Positions 9,503 to 19,360 of a stretch of DNA of 64,000 nucleotides are shown here, one piece after another. Origin of the DNA: Actinomycetota bacterium (GTDB lineage Bacteria; Actinomycetota; Acidimicrobiia; Acidimicrobiales; Ilumatobacteraceae); the NCBI GenBank assembly GCA_030645675.1, contig JAUSLQ010000102.1, forward strand, positions 1,727 through 65,726. Reading direction: 5' to 3'. The position numbers and the translations under genes were made by a program. The notes beneath the pieces are model-generated. The model saw only the letters and a program-made list of their open reading frames with translations. It made no database searches and was not told where the DNA came from. How positions within the stretch are numbered: position 1 is the first letter of the stretch; each line of letters starts with the position of its first letter.

Positions 9503-10063
9503 ATGGCACACGATCGTCTCGGCCCCTGGCAACCGACCACCGTGGAGGAGCGCCTGGACCGCATGGAGTCGTATGCAGCCATCCAGCAACTGGTGTCTCG
9601 CTACGCCCGTGCGCTCGACGCCCGCGACATGGACACCGTGGTCGACATGTTCAACCCGCACGTTCAGGTCGGCGCCACCGGCACCGGCCGCGAAGCGTTG
9701 AAGGAGTGGATGAGCGGCCTGATGAGCCAGATGCGTACCTCGGTGCACCTGGTGGCCAACCACGTCATCGACTTCGAGAACGCCGACCATGCCACTGGGG
9801 TCGTGTACTGCCGCGACGAGCTCGAGCGCCCCGACACCGGCGAGTGGGCCGTGGGCACCCTGCAGTACTGGGACGACTACGACCGCGTCGACGGCCAGTG
9901 GTACATCAGCCGCCGCCGCATCCACCGTTGGTACCTCGTCGACTGGCTGGAGCGGCCCGAGCCTGGAGCAGGCGTGAACGACTTCGGCGCCACCATCCGC
10001 GAGCGGCTGCTGCCCGACGCCTACCCCAGCTGGCAGGCGTTCTGGGACACCCGCGGCGGCTGA
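9503..10063 (+). CDS. SnoaL-like / NTF2-fold protein
   Basis: ATG at 9503 (MAHDRLGPWQPTTVEERLDRMESYAAIQQLVSRYARALDARD). The NTF2-like pattern continues through HLVANHVIDF ... GTLQYWDDYDRVDGQWYISRR. The upstream part of track ORF 9386..10063 is Pro/Arg-rich and unlikely to be coding. Confidence 0.65.
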   Translation: MAHDRLGPWQPTTVEERLDRMESYAAIQQLVSRYARALDARDMDTVVDMFNPHVQVGATGTGREALKEWMSGLMSQMRTSVHLVANHVIDFENADHATGVVYCRDELERPDTGEWAVGTLQYWDDYDRVDGQWYISRRRIHRWYLVDWLERPEPGAGVNDFGATIRERLLPDAYPSWQAFWDTRGG

Positions 10064-10173
10064 CCCGCCGGCCTCGCCCAGACGCGTCCTCCACTGCGGA
10101 TCGGCCACCGCCGGCGCGCGATGATGCCCCTCGACCAGCGCCACCCACGAGGTAGCGACATAGGAGGCCTCCC

Positions 10174-11094
10174 TTGCCCGTCGATCCCGCCGCCCAACAA
10201 GTGCTCGACATGATCGCCGCCGTCGGCGCCCCACCGCTGCACGAGCTGACACCCGCGGCCGCCCGCGCCGCCTATGCGGGGCTCGCGCTGCTGGCCGGCG
10301 AAGGCGCGTCCGTGGCCTCCACCGAGGCTCGCACCATCGCGGGCGTGCCCAGCCTGGTGATCACCCCGCACGGCGACGGCCCGTTTCCGGTGCTGGTCTG
10401 GATCCACGGTGGTGGCTGGGTGATCGGCAGTGCCCAGGAAAGCGTGTCCACCACGCGCAACCTGGCTGCCGCCGCCGATTGCATCGTGGTGTCGCTCGAC
10501 TACCGCCTGGCACCCGAACACAAGGCCCCCGCCGCGCTCGAGGACTGCATTGCGGCCACCGGCTGGCTGCTCGACCACGCCGTCGAGCTGGGCGGCGACC
10601 CGACGCGCATCGCGGTGGGCGGCGACAGCGCGGGCGGCAACCTCTCGGCGCTGGTGGCCATCGAGTTCGGGCACCGCCTCTGCTACCAGGTGCTGGTCTA
10701 CCCCGGCACCGACCTGTCGCTCGACAGCCCGTCGGTGGCGGAGAACGCCGACGGCTACCTGCTCACCAGGGACTCGATGATCTGGTTCGCCAACCACTAC
10801 CTCGACGGCGCACCGGTCACCCACGAGGACCCCAGAGTGTCGCCCAGCCGCGCCACCGACGCCCAGCTCGCCGCGGTGGCACCGGCCTTCGTGATCACAG
10901 CCGAGTACGACCCGCTGCGCGACGAGGGCGAGGCCTACGCCCGCCGCCTGGCCGCGCTGGGTGTCCCGGTGGTGCATCGCCGCTTCGACGGCCAGATCCA
11001 CGGCTTCTACTCGCTGCCGCTGGTGATCCCCGCCGGCGCCGAAGCCGAGGCACAGACCGCCGAACTGCTGCGCAAGGCCTTCGTCCAGCACTAG
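10174..11094 (+). CDS. Alpha/beta hydrolase, hormone-sensitive-lipase-family carboxylesterase
   Basis: 306 aa with an HGGGW oxyanion motif (VWIHGGGWVIGS), a GDSAGG nucleophile elbow, and DPLRDEG plus HGF near the C-terminus. The start is TTG. Confidence 0.85.
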   Translation: MPVDPAAQQVLDMIAAVGAPPLHELTPAAARAAYAGLALLAGEGASVASTEARTIAGVPSLVITPHGDGPFPVLVWIHGGGWVIGSAQESVSTTRNLAAAADCIVVSLDYRLAPEHKAPAALEDCIAATGWLLDHAVELGGDPTRIAVGGDSAGGNLSALVAIEFGHRLCYQVLVYPGTDLSLDSPSVAENADGYLLTRDSMIWFANHYLDGAPVTHEDPRVSPSRATDAQLAAVAPAFVITAEYDPLRDEGEAYARRLAALGVPVVHRRFDGQIHGFYSLPLVIPAGAEAEAQTAELLRKAFVQH

Positions 11095-12332
11095 CGGTCG
11101 TCGCGCACGACGTCACCGGCCTTCGCCACCAGCGCCACGCGGGTGAGCTCGGTGATGTCGTCCAGCGGGTTGGCACGCAGGCCGATCACGTCGGCGTGCT
11201 TGCCCACGTCCAGCGCGCCCAGGTGATCGGCCTGGCGCAGCAGTCGCGCGGCGTTGACCGTCGCGGTCCGGATGCTCTCCTGCGGCGAGAGGCCCGCCTG
11301 CTGCGACAGCACCACGCACTCCTCTGCGTTCAGGCCGTGATGGTTCCCCGGCGTACCCGCATCGGTACCCATCGCGATCGGCACGCCCAGCTCGTGGGCA
11401 CGCCTGATGACGGCCAGGTGGACGTCGTTGAACTCCTGCATCCGTGCCAGCAGGTGCGGCGGCATCGAGGCCACCGCTGCGTCGTCGCGGAACAGCAGCT
11501 CACCGGCGCACAGCGTCGGCACCAGCGCCACGCCGGCCGCGGCCATGCGGCGCAGCACGGCGTCGTCGGCGAACGTGCAGTGCTCGATGCTGTCGACACC
11601 TGCCTCGACAGCGTTCTCGATGCCGCGAAGGGCGTGGCAGTGCGCGGCGACGTGCTTGTGGTTGTCGTGCGCGATCTCCACCGCCGCCCGCAGCTCTTCG
11701 AGCGTGAACTGGATGGCGCGTGAATCCTCGGTCTCCGACGAGAGCATCGCGCCGGTGGCCATCACCTTGATCAGGTCCGCACCCTTGGCCAGCTGGCGCC
11801 GGGCCGCTGCGCGCACCGCGTCGGCGCCGTCGGCCACCTCGTACATGCCCGGGTAGTACTCGGCGGTGGAGGTGGTGATGGAGAGCAGGCGACCGGCCAG
11901 GAACATGCGCGGCCCGGGGATGCTGCCGGCGTTCACCGCCTCGCGAACAGCCATCTCCACGTAGTTCCAGCCGCCCACGTCGCGCACCGTCGTGATGCCC
12001 GCCTGCAGGGTTCTCGCCGCAGCGCCAGCCGCGTACAGCGTGATGGCCGCGTCGGAGCGGTTGGCCGCGGCCGCTGGATCGCCCGCGTCGGTGGGCAGCG
12101 TGAGGTGCACGTGGCAGTCGATCAGGCCGGGCAGCAGCCACAGGCCCGACGCATCGATCATCTCGTCGTCCAGCGCCCTCCCGGCGTTGCTGCCCGCACC
12201 GGCGCCGAGCACAGCGATGCGCCCGTGGTCGATGCCGATGTCGGCCGCCCAGAACGTGCCGGCGTCAACGTCGTAGACCTGCCCACCCATCAACCAGCGC
12301 ATGGCCGCAGCGTAGGCCGGCGACATCAGCAC
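11091..12332 (-). CDS. Amidohydrolase-family metal-dependent hydrolase
   Basis: 413 aa with PGLIDCHVHL metal-binding HxH, a later AHCH, and TDAGTPGNHHG. It is convergent with the esterase gene and overlaps it by 4 nt. Confidence 0.85.
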   Translation of the reverse strand: MLMSPAYAAAMRWLMGGQVYDVDAGTFWAADIGIDHGRIAVLGAGAGSNAGRALDDEMIDASGLWLLPGLIDCHVHLTLPTDAGDPAAAANRSDAAITLYAAGAAARTLQAGITTVRDVGGWNYVEMAVREAVNAGSIPGPRMFLAGRLLSITTSTAEYYPGMYEVADGADAVRAAARRQLAKGADLIKVMATGAMLSSETEDSRAIQFTLEELRAAVEIAHDNHKHVAAHCHALRGIENAVEAGVDSIEHCTFADDAVLRRMAAAGVALVPTLCAGELLFRDDAAVASMPPHLLARMQEFNDVHLAVIRRAHELGVPIAMGTDAGTPGNHHGLNAEECVVLSQQAGLSPQESIRTATVNAARLLRQADHLGALDVGKHADVIGLRANPLDDITELTRVALVAKAGDVVRDDR

Positions 12333-12344
12333 CAGGATCTGTCC

Positions 12345-12379
12345 CTCCGCTCCAGGACTCCGCTCCAGGACTCCGCTGG
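12345..12379. repeat. 13-bp tandem repeat (ctccgctccagga, about 2.7 copies) in the divergent promoter region
   Basis: Direct reading. It lies between the amidohydrolase start (12332, minus) and the first gene of the seven-gene operon (12508, plus). Confidence 0.85.
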
Positions 12380-12507
12380 GTCACGGCCAGCGACGCGCCG
12401 CTCGTCCTTCCGACATCGTGAGGGCGCGATCCGTGCTAGATACCTCCACGTCGGTGGCAGGCAACGGGGGCAGGCCACGGCGATGACGAACGACGGGGAG
12501 AAGAACG

Positions 12508-15500
12508 ATGTTCCTCGAGAGCAAAGTCACCGAGATCGCGATCGGTCAGATCCGTGGTTTCGTCAAGCCGTCGAAAGCCGAGCGCCTTGCCGCGTTCGAA
12601 CTGTTCGTCGAGCTCTCCGTGCGCGTCACCACGCCGTCCATCGAGGACCAACGAGGAATGATGCGTGACGACCTCGACAACCTGGCGGCGATCGGTGCCG
12701 TCACCCGTGAGATCCTGCGCAAGCACGGTTGCGAGGCAGCCAAGAGCCGCAACGATGGCAACATCACGCTCGCGGTCGTCGCGCTGCGCGTGTACAACGA
12801 GATCATCCTCCCTCGGTTGATCGCTTGGGAACCTCTGCTACGCGACCACGAAGGGGTGCGCCTCACCAGGGACCCACCGGTGCAGCCGTACGAGTGGGAG
12901 CAAGGCTGGGACCAGATCTCGATCGCCACCTTCGACCTCGACGGGATGCGTCGCGAGATCCGCTCGTACATGGACACGTTGGCGGCGATCGCCGGCACAC
13001 CGTCGCTGACCGACCTCGTCGTGCCACTTCCGCCGAGTGCTCCGATCGACCCCGTCAGCGTGGCCCGCATCAGTGCAGCGTCGGAGGGTCTGGGTGCACC
13101 CCGCGAGAGGATGGTTCGCTGGTTCAGTCCGTGGGAGGCACTGGGCACGTTCCGGGCCAACCGCGGCCGGCACCCCGGCCGACCCGGTGCCCGCGACCGG
13201 CACGATCGGCAGCCGCAGTGCACGCCGATCACGATCGAAGGCGGGCCTGACGGCGAGACCTGGATCGACTACGTCAGCGACCTCGGCGACGGCTTCGACC
13301 CGACGATGGCGGTCGCGTTCCAGCTCACCCGGCCCTCGCTGACGCTTCCCATCGACCGATCCGGTGAACTGCCGCAACCACCCGGCCACCTGCCACGCGG
13401 CCGCCTGCTGGTGATGGGCGGCGACGAGGTGTACCCGCACTCCACCGCCGAGGGCTACCGCCGCCAGACGATCCTGCCGTACCACATCGCTGCCGAGGCA
13501 CAGCGTGGCGACGACCCGCCGCCCGACGTCGCGCACAACGACATCGTCGCGATTCCCGGCAACCACGACTGGTACGGCGGGCCCGAGCACTTCGAAGACG
13601 TCTTCGTCCACGCAGATCAGTTCGCAGGGCACTACCGGGCACGGCAGTCAGAGCGTTGGTGGGCGGTGCAACTGCCCAAGGGCTGGTGGATGTGGGGCAT
13701 CGACACCGCGCTCGACAACACCATGAACGACGACCAGATCGCCTACTTCCGTCAGGCCGCGGCATTGCTGCGAGAAGGCGATCGGGTGATCATCTGCTCA
13801 CCGGTGCCGTTCTGGCAGTTGCGCCAGAAACGGCAGGCGGACTACTTCGCGCTGCGTTCCTTCCTGCGCACCGAGATCCTTCAACGCGGAGCCCGCACCC
13901 CTCTGTTCCTCTCGGGCGACTCGCACTTCTTCGCGCACTACTGGCGGGTGGACGGGGTGACCGACGAACACCACATCACTGCCGGCGGTGGTGGCGCGTT
14001 CATGCAGCCGACGCACAATCTGCCGGAACAGGTGCCGTACGAGACCGGCGCACCGGAGTTCAAGCTCGGCGCCCGCTGGCCGCGACCCGTGGAGAGCCGT
14101 TCGCTCGGCGCAAGCCTCGGCAGCATCAAGGACCCTCAGTTCCGTTCTCTGTTCGTGATGATCGCACTGGTGCACGCGCTGTTCGCCGGCCTCGTCACCA
14201 TCCGCCTGGGTGCTCTCGACAAGGTTCGCCTGCCGGTCGAGGCTGCCGACAGCGCCGCCCGGTGGGTGATTGCCGCCTGGCCCGGCTGGCCGATCCTCGC
14301 GTTGCTGCTCATCGCGATGACGTTCGCCACCGCTCCGAACAGCCGGGAGTCGCACCTCGTCAAGGGCTCGAAGCGCTACGGCCTGATCCATGGAGCGATT
14401 CAGGCCGCCCTCTTCGTCGCAGTCGCCGCGTTCGCGCGACTCGTCGGCCCCGAGGCCTGGTGGTGGCGCTTCTTCCTCGTGCCGCTCATCGGTGGCGTGC
14501 TGTCCACCGTGCTGTTCGTGATGGCGGTGCGCTGGACGAATCGGTCGATCAAGGCGAACGACACGCTTGCGTTCAGCTCGGCGCATCTCACCCGCTACAA
14601 GCACTTCGTGCGCATGCGCATCAACGCCGAGGGCGACCTCGACGTGTACGTGATCGGCATCGATCCGGTGGGCACCGGCTGGTACCGGACACTCAGGGAC
14701 GGCGGCCTCGTCCCGCCGTACGACGCCAGGGTCGGCATCTCGAAACTGCACTACGTCTGGGGCCGGACGTTCTCCAACGCCAACGCCGGGCAGTTGGTCG
14801 AACGGGTTCGCACACTCGGACTCGGCCATCCCGAGACCCTGTACGCCGCGGTGAGCATGTCCCAACGCCTGCTGGGCGAGTACCGCAAGAACCCCGAGCA
14901 GGGCTCGATCACGGACATCGTCGAGAACCTTCGGCAAGCCGTCAGCCTCGCGCTGGTCACGCACGGGGTGACCCACCGCACCACGATCACCTACGGCGAA
15001 GCGCTGGCCGAGGCACTGATCGTCGCCGGCGGCGAGCTGGCAGCCGAGGGGCGGTCGCTGATGGTGGAGTGCGCCGAAGCCCGACTGGCCAACGACCTGC
15101 TCGAGCGGGAACCCGATGGAGTGCCCTCACCCGCGTCGGCAGCACTGCATCCGGCGACCGTCGACGCATACCTGCGAACTACCGACACCCTCGTCCTGGC
15201 GAACCTCAACGACGATGCGCAGAAGTTCCTGAGCCACGCGTTCGCGACGCTGCACGAACACGCGGGCCTCGGGAGCACGGTCGACCTCGCCCGCTTGGAG
15301 CACGCCGCAGCGCTGGTCAGCCTCGCCCGCGACGACCACCGCGAAGCCCGTTCCCTCATCGATCGCGGCCTGGCCGCGCTCTCGGCGGAGCCCGACACGT
15401 CGGGCGAGATCATCACCGAGGCGATCGCCACGTCGGCGCGGGTGCGGTGTGCCGAGCTCAACGACCCGTACGCCGGCGAGCCCACACGACCGCCGCTCGC

Positions 15501-17202
15501 CGCGGCCAGGATCGAGGAGCTGACAGAGCTGCTCAACGGGCCGCTCCGCGACCTGCCGGACACTCATCCCGCAGCACTCGAACTCCGGATGGCCCTCGCC
15601 AAAGCACACCAGGAGGACGGCTACCTCGCCGGCGCCAAGAGCTGGCTGGAGATGAACGCATATCGGCTGACGGCTGTCGAGTCGCCCGCGCAGCTGCGCG
15701 CACGCCTCCTCAACGCACAGCGGCTCGACGAGGTGCTCAAGGCGATGGGCGACAGCGCTGCGAGTCGCTCTCTTCAGCGTCAGATCATCGACGATGGAGA
15801 GCGGCTGTTCGACAACCCCCTCGCCATGATCAACGATCGGCTGGCGCTCGCCAGAGAGTTGCGCTGGGCGGGGGAACCGCACTTGGCGACAGGCGAGCTG
15901 GAGGAGGTCCTGGCGCGCTGCGCGCAGAAGCCGGGCGAGTCGGCACGGGGGTCGGATGCGGCAGACGTGGCGGCGGCGGCAGGGGCGGCAGCAGACGCGA
16001 GCATCCAACTCGCGAGGGTGCACCTCGATCTCTCCGAACCGCAGCAGGCGCTCGACATCCTCAACGCTGTCAGCACCAGGGGAACGCCCGTAGAGGCCAG
16101 GCTCGGCATCCTTCACCGGCAAGGCGTCGTCGCTGCGCTGAACGCGCTGGGCACCCCGGAGAAGGCACTGGCGCTGCTGCACGACGAATGGATCCGGGCT
16201 GCACAGAAGATGCACACAATCACGTGGGACGACCTCGTCCTCTGTCTGGAACTGGCCCAGCAGCGGGAACGAACGCAGCGCGACGACATCATCGAACTGC
16301 TCGAGCCGCGGATTCCGCAATTCGTCGAACACGACGGTGCCGACGGCTACTACACGCTGGAAGCCATGCGGCTGTTCGCCCGCGAACTGACCCGGTACCC
16401 GGGCTCGCGCGTGTCCGAGGCGGCGGCGATCCTGGAGTCGTGCCTGGCGCTGGTGAGCGACCCGGCGCACGCGCAGCACTGGCAGGTGCAGGCGATCGAG
16501 GCCGAGCTGCTCGAGAACGCGTTGAAGGGTGACCGCGAGATGGGTCTGGCAGTCGCCCGACGAGCGCTGGCACGCAACGACTGGACCTACGGGGACGACC
16601 GACACCTCTTCCTGTTCGACAACATCGCGCGCCTGACGCGAGACGACCCGGTGTCGGCTGTCGCCGCTGCCGAGGAGTTCACGGCTGCGGTTCGCTCCCG
16701 CCAGTTCGTGTTGTGGGACGAACGCGTTCGCCTGGCCGACTACGCGCTGGCGGAAGCGCTCGAGGCCGACCCACAGAACCGATACCGCGAACGAGCGCTC
16801 AGCGTGCGCGAATCGGTCCTGTCCAACGCACTGTGGAACCCGCAGCCCGAGCCGGACACCATCGCCTTCGCACGCTTCCACGTTGCGCGCCTCTCCTCCG
16901 AGGTCGGCGACTACCCGCGAGCGATCGCGTTGCTGGAAGCAATCGTCGCGAACCACGATGGTCCGGCCGCGATGTCCGAGCCACTGCGCATCGAGTGCCA
17001 GCAGATGCTGGCCGACGCCTACCTCGGTTGCGGTCGTGTCGGCGACGCATTGGATCTCATCGAGCGCACCTCCGCGGCGGCGGCTGCCCGTTTCGCTCGC
17101 GCCGACTCGCGCCGGACCGCGATCGAGGAGGCTGCCGAGTGCATCCGAACAGTCGCGGCTCGAGGGCCGTGGGATCCTTCCTCCGTTGCACCGGATGTCT
17201 GA
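12508..17202 (+). CDS. Giant (1564 aa) multidomain protein: N-terminal helical domain, calcineurin-like metallophosphoesterase, multi-TM block, long TPR-like helical repeat array
   Basis: ATG at 12508 preceded by GGGGAGA. Phosphoesterase motifs are YVSDLGDGFD, VMGGDEVYP, IPGNHDWYGG and LSGDSHFFAHY. Hydrophobic segments span roughly residues 545-680. The remaining roughly 800 aa are Ala/Leu/Arg/Glu-rich, TPR/MalT-like repeats. Confidence 0.8.
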   Translation: MFLESKVTEIAIGQIRGFVKPSKAERLAAFELFVELSVRVTTPSIEDQRGMMRDDLDNLAAIGAVTREILRKHGCEAAKSRNDGNITLAVVALRVYNEIILPRLIAWEPLLRDHEGVRLTRDPPVQPYEWEQGWDQISIATFDLDGMRREIRSYMDTLAAIAGTPSLTDLVVPLPPSAPIDPVSVARISAASEGLGAPRERMVRWFSPWEALGTFRANRGRHPGRPGARDRHDRQPQCTPITIEGGPDGETWIDYVSDLGDGFDPTMAVAFQLTRPSLTLPIDRSGELPQPPGHLPRGRLLVMGGDEVYPHSTAEGYRRQTILPYHIAAEAQRGDDPPPDVAHNDIVAIPGNHDWYGGPEHFEDVFVHADQFAGHYRARQSERWWAVQLPKGWWMWGIDTALDNTMNDDQIAYFRQAAALLREGDRVIICSPVPFWQLRQKRQADYFALRSFLRTEILQRGARTPLFLSGDSHFFAHYWRVDGVTDEHHITAGGGGAFMQPTHNLPEQVPYETGAPEFKLGARWPRPVESRSLGASLGSIKDPQFRSLFVMIALVHALFAGLVTIRLGALDKVRLPVEAADSAARWVIAAWPGWPILALLLIAMTFATAPNSRESHLVKGSKRYGLIHGAIQAALFVAVAAFARLVGPEAWWWRFFLVPLIGGVLSTVLFVMAVRWTNRSIKANDTLAFSSAHLTRYKHFVRMRINAEGDLDVYVIGIDPVGTGWYRTLRDGGLVPPYDARVGISKLHYVWGRTFSNANAGQLVERVRTLGLGHPETLYAAVSMSQRLLGEYRKNPEQGSITDIVENLRQAVSLALVTHGVTHRTTITYGEALAEALIVAGGELAAEGRSLMVECAEARLANDLLEREPDGVPSPASAALHPATVDAYLRTTDTLVLANLNDDAQKFLSHAFATLHEHAGLGSTVDLARLEHAAALVSLARDDHREARSLIDRGLAALSAEPDTSGEIITEAIATSARVRCAELNDPYAGEPTRPPLAAARIEELTELLNGPLRDLPDTHPAALELRMALAKAHQEDGYLAGAKSWLEMNAYRLTAVESPAQLRARLLNAQRLDEVLKAMGDSAASRSLQRQIIDDGERLFDNPLAMINDRLALARELRWAGEPHLATGELEEVLARCAQKPGESARGSDAADVAAAAGAAADASIQLARVHLDLSEPQQALDILNAVSTRGTPVEARLGILHRQGVVAALNALGTPEKALALLHDEWIRAAQKMHTITWDDLVLCLELAQQRERTQRDDIIELLEPRIPQFVEHDGADGYYTLEAMRLFARELTRYPGSRVSEAAAILESCLALVSDPAHAQHWQVQAIEAELLENALKGDREMGLAVARRALARNDWTYGDDRHLFLFDNIARLTRDDPVSAVAAAEEFTAAVRSRQFVLWDERVRLADYALAEALEADPQNRYRERALSVRESVLSNALWNPQPEPDTIAFARFHVARLSSEVGDYPRAIALLEAIVANHDGPAAMSEPLRIECQQMLADAYLGCGRVGDALDLIERTSAAAAARFARADSRRTAIEEAAECIRTVAARGPWDPSSVAPDV

Positions 17203-17220
17203 TCGCGAGAGGATGACAAC

Positions 17221-19341
17221 GTGACGCGTGTCGACGGCTCGCTGCCCACGCAGGGGGTCACGTTCCTGCTCACCGACATCGAAGGGTCCACGCGCGCGTG
17301 GCAGGCCGCACCGGAGGCGATGGCGGCGCCCGTCTCCCGCCACTACGAGATCCTCGATGCGGCCATCGCCGCCCATGGCGGCCAGCGGCCCGAAGAGCAG
17401 GGTGAGGGCGACAGCATCGTGGCCGTCTTCCGCAGCGCGGCCGGCGCGGTTGCCGCTGCGCTCGCCGCACAGGTGGCGCTGGCCGGCGAGCTGCCCCAGC
17501 TGCCGGTACGGATGGCCCTGCACAGCGGCGACGCCACGTTGCGCAACGAACGCAACTACGTGGGCCTCACCCTCATCCGCTGCGCCCGCATCCGGTCCTG
17601 CGGCCACGGCCGGCAGATCCTGCTGTCGAACGACACCGCCGCCGAGATCGACGGGGTGCTACCTCCCGGCGCCGGCGTCATCGACCTCGGGGTGTACGGC
17701 TTGCGCGATCTGGCCGGGCGCGAGCGCATCTGGCAGCTCACCCATCCCGCGCTCGCCATCGCGTTCCCTCCCTTGAAGGCCGGGGCCTCTGCCACCGGCA
17801 ACCTGCCCGCACCGATCAGCTCGTTCGTGGGCCGGCACGTGGAGCTGGCTGCGCTGAGCCATGCGTTGGCCGAGCATCGGTTGGTGATGCTCACCGGCGA
17901 GGCCGGGGTGGGCAAGAGCCGGCTGGCGATGGCCGCCGCGGCCGCCGGCGCCGACTCGCAGCCAGGAGGGGTGTGGTGGGTACCGCTGGCGGGCAGCGAT
18001 GAGGCCGGCTCGGTCATGGCGGCAATCGCTCAGGCGTGCGGCCTCGGCGGCACCGGCGACGACCCGTTCGACGCAGTGGTCCCGCACTTCCGCCGCGCGG
18101 CCGACGGGCTGGTGGTGATCGACGGCTGCGAGCATGCGGAGACGGCCGGCCTCGACGTGCAACGGTTGCTGGCGGCATGCCCCGCGCTGCACGTGCTGGC
18201 GACCGGCCGGGAGCCGCTGCGAGTCGCAGGTGAGTTCGTGTGCGCGGTGACCCCGCTCGCCACCCCGCCGGAGACCTTCGACGGGGGACTGCCCGCGCTC
18301 GGCGAGTTCGAGGCCGCACGGCTGTTCCTCGAGCGGGCCGCACCCGCGGCAGGAGGCTTCACCGATGCCGACGCCATTCTCATCGCCGGCATCTGCCGCC
18401 ACGTCGGAGGGAACCCACTGGGCTTGGAACTCGCCGCGGCGCGCAGCGCATCCACCTCGCTCACGGAACTGGCGAGTGGGCTCGGCACTCTCGCTGCCGC
18501 GACCGCACCAACGGGAGGCGTCACCGGCGCGCTGGAGTCGTCGATCGCATGGAGCTACCAGCTGCTCACCCAAGCTGAGCAGGCGGTGCTGCGCCGCTTG
18601 GCAGTGTTCGCCAGCGGGTTCGGGTTCGATGCGGCCATTGCCGTCGCCGTCGCCGGAGCCATCGACGAACCCACCGCGGCAGCCGGCATCCGCACGCTGA
18701 TCGACCAACGGTTCCTCAGCCTCATCGACGACAGCGGGCAGGTGGTGCTCCCGCCTGCCATCCGCAGGTTCGCACGCAGGGAGTCGCTGCGCTCGGACGA
18801 CGCGGGCGGAGCCGGCGCTCGGCATGGTGCGTGGTTCGCCGGCGTGGCCGAACGGTTCGCCGGCGCGGGTGCCTCGCTCCCCGCCTCGTTGCTGGCGCCC
18901 GACGAGGCCGATGTGCTGGCCGCCCTCGACGCATCGATGCACGGCAACGACCCGGAGGTGGCCTACCGCATCATCGTGGGCCTCGGCGCGAAGTGGCTGC
19001 AACTCGATCACGCCGAGATGCTGGCCGCAACGACCGAGTGGGTGTGCGGTCGTTCGCCCAGCGACGGTGAACAGGCCTGGGCTGCGGCCGTTGCACGACT
19101 GTGCTTCGTGCATGCCGACCGGCAGTCGTCACCGATCCACACCTACGCCGAGGAAGCGCTGGCCATCGCCGAGACCGTGCACGACGACCTGTCGCCGCAG
19201 TACCTGGCGCTCGCACGGGTGCCGCATGCCTCCCGACCCTCGGAATCACCCGCAGACCTCGCCGCCGCGATCGAGCTGGCCGCTGCTGCGCCCGGCAGGT
19301 CAGTGGGAACTGTCCGTCTCGACATGGCCGCATCGACATGA
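17221..19341 (+). CDS. Class III adenylate/guanylate cyclase domain fused to a STAND (NB-ARC/AAA_16-type) P-loop NTPase and a helical C-terminal region (706 aa)
   Basis: GTG at 17221, 8 nt after GAGAGGA. Cyclase motifs are VTFLLTDIEGSTRAW, GEGDSIVAVF and RMALHSGDA. These are followed by FVGRHVELAAL, then Walker A GEAGVGKSRLA and Walker B-like LVVIDGCEH. Confidence 0.8.
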   Translation: MTRVDGSLPTQGVTFLLTDIEGSTRAWQAAPEAMAAPVSRHYEILDAAIAAHGGQRPEEQGEGDSIVAVFRSAAGAVAAALAAQVALAGELPQLPVRMALHSGDATLRNERNYVGLTLIRCARIRSCGHGRQILLSNDTAAEIDGVLPPGAGVIDLGVYGLRDLAGRERIWQLTHPALAIAFPPLKAGASATGNLPAPISSFVGRHVELAALSHALAEHRLVMLTGEAGVGKSRLAMAAAAAGADSQPGGVWWVPLAGSDEAGSVMAAIAQACGLGGTGDDPFDAVVPHFRRAADGLVVIDGCEHAETAGLDVQRLLAACPALHVLATGREPLRVAGEFVCAVTPLATPPETFDGGLPALGEFEAARLFLERAAPAAGGFTDADAILIAGICRHVGGNPLGLELAAARSASTSLTELASGLGTLAAATAPTGGVTGALESSIAWSYQLLTQAEQAVLRRLAVFASGFGFDAAIAVAVAGAIDEPTAAAGIRTLIDQRFLSLIDDSGQVVLPPAIRRFARRESLRSDDAGGAGARHGAWFAGVAERFAGAGASLPASLLAPDEADVLAALDASMHGNDPEVAYRIIVGLGAKWLQLDHAEMLAATTEWVCGRSPSDGEQAWAAAVARLCFVHADRQSSPIHTYAEEALAIAETVHDDLSPQYLALARVPHASRPSESPADLAAAIELAAAAPGRSVGTVRLDMAAST

Positions 19342-19360
19342 CCCGGGCGACGATCCAGCG

